This document shows positions 57,507 through 64,000 of a DNA stretch of 64,000 bases, piece after piece (the stretch's first letter is position 1; every line of letters begins with the position of its first letter). The translations under genes and the position numbers were made by a program. The notes under the pieces were generated by a model. It worked only from the letters and a program-made list of their open reading frames with translations, was not told the origin of the DNA and ran no database searches. Source of the stretch: Lingula anatina (taxonomy: Eukaryota > Animalia > Brachiopoda); NCBI GenBank assembly GCA_051362555.1, contig CM120641.1, positions 17,298,001-17,362,000 on the forward strand. The letters run 5' to 3'.

Positions 57507-60500
57507 GAGAAATATAATATTTGAAAAAATTAATTTCTCGCAATTATACTAACATCATATCTTTATTTGACTACATGCATTAGCTTTAACTATTATTTTT
57601 TAAAATCTATTGTTTTGTCTTTTTATCCATTAACTGTGTTTGGGGTTTAACCTGTATTTTACAATGAAAATTAAAAAGGTTTGTTATTTATGACATAGAA
57701 TATTTATGTTTTGACCACTTAAGTTTTTACAGTACCAATGCGATAACTGCAAGTATTCAAAATTTTAGTTTTTACAGTTTGACAATACGAACTTGTTAAG
57801 GTGAACATCGGCCGCGGCAATGTCCTGCGCGGTCTCTGGGGTGAGTTTCCAGTGCAGCTTTCTGGGATACGGTAACTCGCACAGAGAATGCATTCTTACC
57901 AGCTTCTTCACTCGAACTTCTTCCCTAGAGCATAATTATACATAACTGCTGTTTAACATTGTAGATTTTACAAACAGAATTTTGATATGACCCAGTATTT
58001 ATCGATTCCATGACGTTCGCGAAACTTATCTACTCAGTTTTAAATCTTATGGATAAGTTATGGAAAAACTGGATACAGGATGCAAATTTTGAAACGTTAC
58101 TCACATATACGTCAGTAAATGTTCTATTAGTTTGATGACAGCAATGCCCTCTGACGGTGAATGCTCGTAGTTCAATCCGCAAGCGCCATCTTCGCATACG
58201 ATAAACTGAAAAAGCAATAGACTATAATCTGCAGAGAATCAATGAATAATCTTCTATCTATTCGTTGCTTTGACCTTCACTGATTTTCTGTAATTGCATT
58301 GAAAAATCAACAGATTCTTTAAATCCGTACCATTTATATATGGTACTTGAAAATCTAAAACACCGTACTAAAATGACTTTTCTAAAACCACAAATTGAAA
58401 GTGATAAATGAAATGCCTATTACAAGTCCGTCACCCTGTTATTTACTCGTGTCATACCTGCATGGTCTTGTCAAACCATCTATTGGCACTGTTCAGTTTG
58501 CTCCCCATACCGTGTAGCATCTGGCACGCCAGGGACACGTCGTCACGAAGATTCATAGACGTTTCGTCAATACTGTTCTGATGGTTGAAGGACAACGGGA
58601 TTCCCTTGTCTAAACTGAGAATGAATATACAGCGCTCTATCATGTCTAAGGAATCTCGATTGGTGGAATCTGAAAAAGAAGAGTTTCCAGGAGAATCAAT
58701 AAGCATGTATTGGATCATTTTTAATTAATGTTTTACGTGACTTTTTCAGTAGTCCAGGAGGGCACAATCTGGGAGTAAACAGACATAGAATTGGGTGCAG
58801 TCATGAGGTAGGCAAGAGATGTGAGTGGAATGGAAGGGGCTGGTTGTCAGGTCATCTGTGGTGCCCACAATGGTCCACCAGACTACGGGATAGATATGAA
58901 TTCAAACGAGAGTCAAAAGAACATGACAAGGAAAAAAAACGAGTATTTGCCTTGCATGAGTCTCATCCTCGCCCTGGCCCAGCTGTCCCTATCAGCACTG
59001 GTGAGCAGCCCCACCATCTCGTTGTTTGCCTCGCCCTCCCCCGCTATAGCTTCTTTCATTATCCGCTCCAACTGAGAGTGGAGATTGTCCTCGCTCAGCC
59101 GCATAAAGTTCACTATCACATCTAACACAAAATACTGGAAGAAAAAGAAAGTTTTTTAATGTAATACTTTGCAAACTTCGGGTACAACATTACTCACAAA
59201 AGCACATGCAAACTATTGTATTGGGATATTTTAATTAAAGTACGTGACAATAGTAGTATGTGCACATTGAATTCCCACTGAAAATACACAAAGTACATTT
59301 TCTTAGTCGATATTAATGTCACAAAGTAAGTTATTTAGACTAAATGTTCAAATACCATTTACCTGGTTTCTGCATATAACAATAATATGTTCTGGTTCCG
59401 GCAGCAGTTTTCCACTAGGAGTCACGAGCGTGTCTTTATTAACGCCAGGTATCCTGTAGCTGGAGAACAGTCTATAGTATTGCTCCATACACAACGGCTG
59501 GCCTTTCTCTAAGTGGTTAGCCCTGTCCACTGGCAACCCTCGTCTAAAACGGCAAAGTATACGCCATAGCGATGAGCAAAAAGTGAACTCCACAAGCGTT
59601 TTTTTTTCGACCGTACGCAGTTATCTTTATTTGAAACAATACGCCTATCATTTAAGATGGATACGCTTGTAATTTTACGTAATTTCATCTGAATTTGATT
59701 AGATAAAAAACAAAAGTTATGGTCTAAGACATTACCATATATGTCACTGTGTAAATTTGGTAACTTTTTACTCATTTAGGATTATATACTATGTTATGTT
59801 AGCCTATAAATTAATATCAGTAATGGTGTGATACGTACGCGTCAATAATAGTTTTATAGTCTAAAATTCCGGATATCAGTCGTGCCGCAAACCTGAAAAT
59901 GATCAAACAGGAATCAGTATATAAAAAAATAATACCGCGGTATTTTTACGTGCACAAGTGTAAGACAGTATTGGTCGTGAAAACAAAAAAAAAACTGATT
60001 TGAATTATTCCCTTCCCAACTGATTGAGAAAAAAGACATCATTTCGCTAAGTCACGAACTTCCATTTACGCCGTCAGTGTTACCGAGTTATCTTCTTTCC
60101 AAAAATAAAAACTATAAAAGACACATAATCATATTTCATTGCTAACTTGCACTTGAAAACAGTGGTTTTAATTAAGATTCTAACGTACTTACTCCAACTC
60201 CCGCAAAATACGATCATTACACAACAGCGACATATTTTCTACTTTACCTAAAGTGTTCTTTCTGATCTTGGAAATGTACCCGAGGGAACACCATTCCTGG
60301 GTTGGAGTTGACCGGTAGAGGGAGCCTGGCTTTCATATACATATCGTCCAACCACCAGTTATAAGCCTACGGAGAGTATAAAAAGGAATAAAATGAAGGA
60401 AATATACGTACCAGTTTTTCTATTTTTCTTTGTGTAAATCATCTTCAATCATATAAAAAGTGGATTAAATCCCACTACAAATGAAATTAAAGGAAAATAT

Positions 60501-61551
60501 ATAACAAATACTACCGATGAAATTAAAGGGAGATATTGTATATTGTTTTTTTTTTCAGTGAACAGAACGTAAGAATTTCGTGGAACAAAATACTGCGCAG
60601 TTTAATCCTTTTAGTGCAAAATTGCAGGATACATGTGGAGCGACTGCTTAGTTTAACATGATTATATTATTGTAATCTCCCTCACTGCAACTGGTCTGTA
60701 ATTGTTTTTCGTTTTTTATTCCTTGGAAAATATATCATGTTTTTATCCAGTTCATAACACAAGATTTAAGAATCTCCAGGGACGCTGGTAATAGTGTCGG
60801 AGCCCCTTGGGCGATTGATCAAATTGCTTCATGCTTGTTTCATGTACTTAATGTGTAACCGGAATCAAACAAACTCCCTCGGCCTTTTTTAAAATGTCAT
60901 TTCGAATAAAGGGCCGAAAAGTCGAGGATATTTATGTTTGCTTTTATTTATCTCAAATGAGAAAAGAGAAAGAAAACAAAGAGGCAAAGTAACAGATAGT
61001 TTCTCTGCTAGTTATAAATTCTCCATAAGTTACCTTTTCATGACGCGAAATGCAACTTTATCAAAAGACATGCAACAGTTATCCGGATAAATGACCATTT
61101 CAAATTTCTTAAATCCAAATCATTTAACTAAATGTATTATCAAGCAATGTTACCGCTTTGAAGTTTATTTTAGGCAGTTTTGCTCAAAGACCAAAATCAA
61201 TAACGGTGATTAATTTGAATGTTTGAAATTTCGTTCAGTTCACTGTTCTGAAAGAATCGATGTACGGAAGGCCTTTTTTTTTTTTGGCCATTTGTAAATT
61301 ATCTACAGTATGACGCGGTGCCTCAAAATCACTAAAGTGAACAAAATATCACGTACCCAGTTATTTTGTTCCTTTGAAAGTTCCTTCAATTTCGTCTGCA
61401 GATACTCGCCCTCACCCCCGTCCTTGCAGAAGTCCGTTACTAGCTCCTCTACCCTCTTGTACTGGTCCTCGGGTATAATGGGCTTTAGGACCTTACAGTA
61501 TCTATCCATAGTGCGACGGAGATCCGGGACAGGCAGCTTTGGAAGCGGGGT
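54862..61551 (-). CDS. ChAT: Choline O-acetyltransferase, 13 coding exons (5' start exon not identified)
   Basis: Motifs: [10 protein letters not shown]; [21 protein letters not shown]; [17 protein letters not shown]; [14 protein letters not shown]; NRWFDK; catalytic EHSPSEG; [12 protein letters not shown]; [19 protein letters not shown] (VDN is the choline-specific rather than carnitine-type motif); LSTSQ; [11 protein letters not shown]. Exons: 61551-61357, 60366-60248, 59892-59839, 59543-59363, 59134-58951, 58669-58458, 58205-58105, 57924-57793, 57472-57350, 57102-56964, 56221-56159, 55885-55748, 55194-54862. Confidence 0.95.
56436..56774. mobile_element. 339-bp Kolobok-like MITE in a ChAT intron
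   Basis: ttaa|agggataacaact ... agttgttatccct|ttaa: a 13-bp perfect TIR starting with purines, and a TTAA TSD. Confidence 0.75.
58670..58950 (-). other. GC-AG intron in ChAT
   Basis: ATG CAA G|gcaaat joined to cag|AT TCC ACC gives [11 protein letters not shown], matching the conserved ChAT sequence. No equivalent GT donor is present. Confidence 0.75.
58755..58900 (+). mobile_element. Possible 3'-terminal remnant of an RTE-like LINE
   Basis: Purine-rich segment ending gtcatctgtggtgcccacaatggtccaccagactacgggatagat (...STRLRDR). It resembles RTE-type 3' ends from my recollection; not verified by a search. Confidence 0.4.
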
Positions 61552-61958
61552 CTTGAATTAAAAGTAAAAATAGATATGAGGCGTGATACCAAAGGTACTT
61601 CGTGGTTTATTCTCTCTAGAACATGCAAGGGAATCATGGGCAATGAAAAAAAAGTTATGCTTTTTTTCAGCATATATCATACTATATGCAGTCTTTGATA
61701 ACACAGTAAACGGAAAACTGGTTTACCTGTTAATTTATCTTTAAACTTTCAGAACTGATGAATATTGTTTAAATACAGATCAAGTGTAAGGGTATATAGG
61801 GGAAAAACTCACGCCATCAAACATAGAAATGCTGTGGACATAAATGAAAAGGTAATTTCATTGGTGCAATATACATAAAACATTAGAACACAAAATAACG
61901 CGACAAGAAAGATAATTGACTATTATAAAAGTATAATATTATAATAATATAATTACGA

Positions 61959-62014
61959 TGAATTAAATATTTAGTTTACATATTTAGTGAATTAAATATT
62001 TAGTTTACATATTT
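61959..62014. repeat. 29-bp tandem duplication
   Basis: tgaattaaatatttagtttacatattt occurs twice. Confidence 0.85.
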
Positions 62015-64000
62015 TTAAGTATTGAGCCGTGATATCGGACACTGCGGTACGGCGAAACTTATTCCAAGCATCAGATTTGCATTTCGTGTTGAGGAAATCA
62101 AATAAGAAAAAAGTCAAATCTTCGCGTCGTTGATTTTTCTATAGTTAACCACTGTATTAACACACCGTCAGGTAAAAGGAAGATATAAAAAATGGATTGA
62201 TAAGATTAAATTAAAAAGCGTTCACAGTATTCGCCTCAAATTTAATAAAATATAATCGTAGTAAAAGGGAATGCATAATGAATTGATTGCTTATTTCCAG
62301 TCACATTTATTTTGTAGTCTCATGAATGTGCATTGGAAAAATGTTGAACATTTATTCGACCTGATAATTCAGCTATAAACCAAAACGAATGTAAATAAAT
62401 CATGAGTATATAAATGTTTTTGATCATAATGGAAAATCAATTGTTTTTATTGAATGAACCCTATTTGACCGTCTGAGTGTCTGTCCCTTTTAAAGAAGGT
62501 ACATTTTCGATACACAAATCAGGAACGACTTTTTGCTGAGAGTGCAAAACAAACTCGCATCTTGGGTCAACGAATTTTAAAGTTACCAGCTATTCTACCA
62601 GACGAGAAAAAAATCCACCGTTTATATCTATATCGGATGTTGATTGGACGTGTGGGACTCTCAGATGCACATTTACATTCGTCCCATCAGCGAGGCGATC
62701 AATAAACTGCACGAAATAAGTTCATTTGTTATGATTGCATTTCTTAAATTAGCGAGAGACAAGCTTTGATTTCTGCCCGAGTGTTTTGTTTGCCAGAATT
62801 GACTCTTCACGATGTCTAACAACACTTTTTTTTACTTTTTTCTTGCAAACCATCTACAATTTGCTTTATAATATCACAAAGTGGAAAATAGATAACGTGC
62901 ATATTTTTAAGAATTGAAATATTATTTTCTCACGAAAACAATGCTCAAGCAACCTGGCATGAAGTTTAATCAAATCGGGCATAATTTGATAAAGGAGTTT
63001 ATGGATACATTTCTATCATTTTGAATAAAGATTAACTTTCATTAGAACAGTGTTGGTCCCCTTGGTATTATTTTACCGTGAATTTTATTGAGGAGAGCAC
63101 ACCCCCTATTTCACATGCAAACAGCCATAATTGGAACTAAGCCGCAGCGCGACTGCCGTTCGGCAATCAAAACTACTCCTACATTGCGTAAAGTATATAA
63201 ACATTAACTGATTTGTTCTGAGTTATTCATACCAGTTGCAATAATTATTCACAGTATTGAATGACAGAATAAATATTGGAGAGGGATTACCTCTAACTTG
63301 GATTATTTCTTTTCTAAAAATTACCCTCATAACTACATGAAATGATTGACACAAGTTACAAAAAATTAATAAAATGTTGGAGCTGCTCGAATAGAAAAGA
63401 AACCTACCGGCAAGTTGCAATTTATTACGCCCGTTTTCCCACAGAAAAAAAAGATACACCGCAGGTTATTAAAAAGTTATCATTCTATAAAATGACAATC
63501 TGGAAAATTAAACCCAACGGGCCTTTTGTCTTTGCGGTTTCAGTTTGGGAAATTACAGATAACTAGAATATAAATATTTAGACTAAACGCTGACCATCAG
63601 ATAAACCCTCTGGCAAACAAGCTGATTATATATTTTTTGTAATCTTTAAAAGAGGAAAAAGGTTTCAAAAGCTCCATTTAAGACAAAACGCAGAATTTTA
63701 TTTGTGAAAACACGAATAGAACTACCTCCAATGCTCTGAAATACTGAATCGACTGATAAACTCTAACATGGCTACTTAGACCTTCTTTGCAGCACTTCAA
63801 ATAAAAACAATAGCAACTCTAGCGACATGAATAGAACTGAAAAAGACCAAGCCGCTTGCCGTATCGAACGGGGTAAATAGTGCGCAGAAAACATCTAAAA
63901 CGTAAGTGCTATTGATGCAAAGCTGCTGTTTGTACATGTATTTGTACCTTGAAAATACACGGAAACTGGTGCCCTTCCACTAGTTTATATGGTGGGGTAA

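Noticed and set aside
54862-61551. Alternative call as carnitine acetyl- or palmitoyltransferase
   Set aside because: The GRVDNIR and [14 protein letters not shown] motifs are ChAT-type.
1-64000. tRNA, rRNA or snoRNA genes
   Set aside because: No cloverleaf, rRNA-like block or convincing paired C/D or H/ACA boxes were seen by eye; an Infernal/Rfam scan would be needed to exclude them.

Overview
This is AT-rich, intron-rich animal genomic DNA, probably an invertebrate or lophotrochozoan (inferred from repeat types and the CpG pattern). It holds two minus-strand genes. (1) A complete talin coding region, 38943->99: I traced 54 coding exons by hand into one continuous frame of about 2553 aa, with one GC-AG intron. 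Its likely promoter and non-coding first exon lie near 51.9-52.0 kb. (2) The 3' 13 coding exons of choline acetyltransferase (ChAT), 61551->54862; its start exon was not found, and it also has one GC-AG intron. The introns carry several mobile elements: a 3.9-kb element with perfect 31-bp TIRs and a 7-bp direct repeat whose host flanks mimic its own ends; a 3.6-kb Helentron/HINE-type element with 9 x 146-bp repeats full of nuclear-receptor DR1 sites, a nested IS3EU-like MITE and an internal ~820-bp duplication; a 29-bp palindrome resembling a P-element excision footprint; and a Kolobok-like MITE, another MITE and a LINE remnant. The most promising unannotated biology is a set of three candidate alternative exons (63 nt, 18 nt and an acidic 115 nt) in the talin intron just before the C-terminal actin-binding module. 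I see no prokaryotic-type system such as CRISPR or operons, and no unambiguous novel multi-gene system. All coordinates were read by hand and may be off by a base or two.
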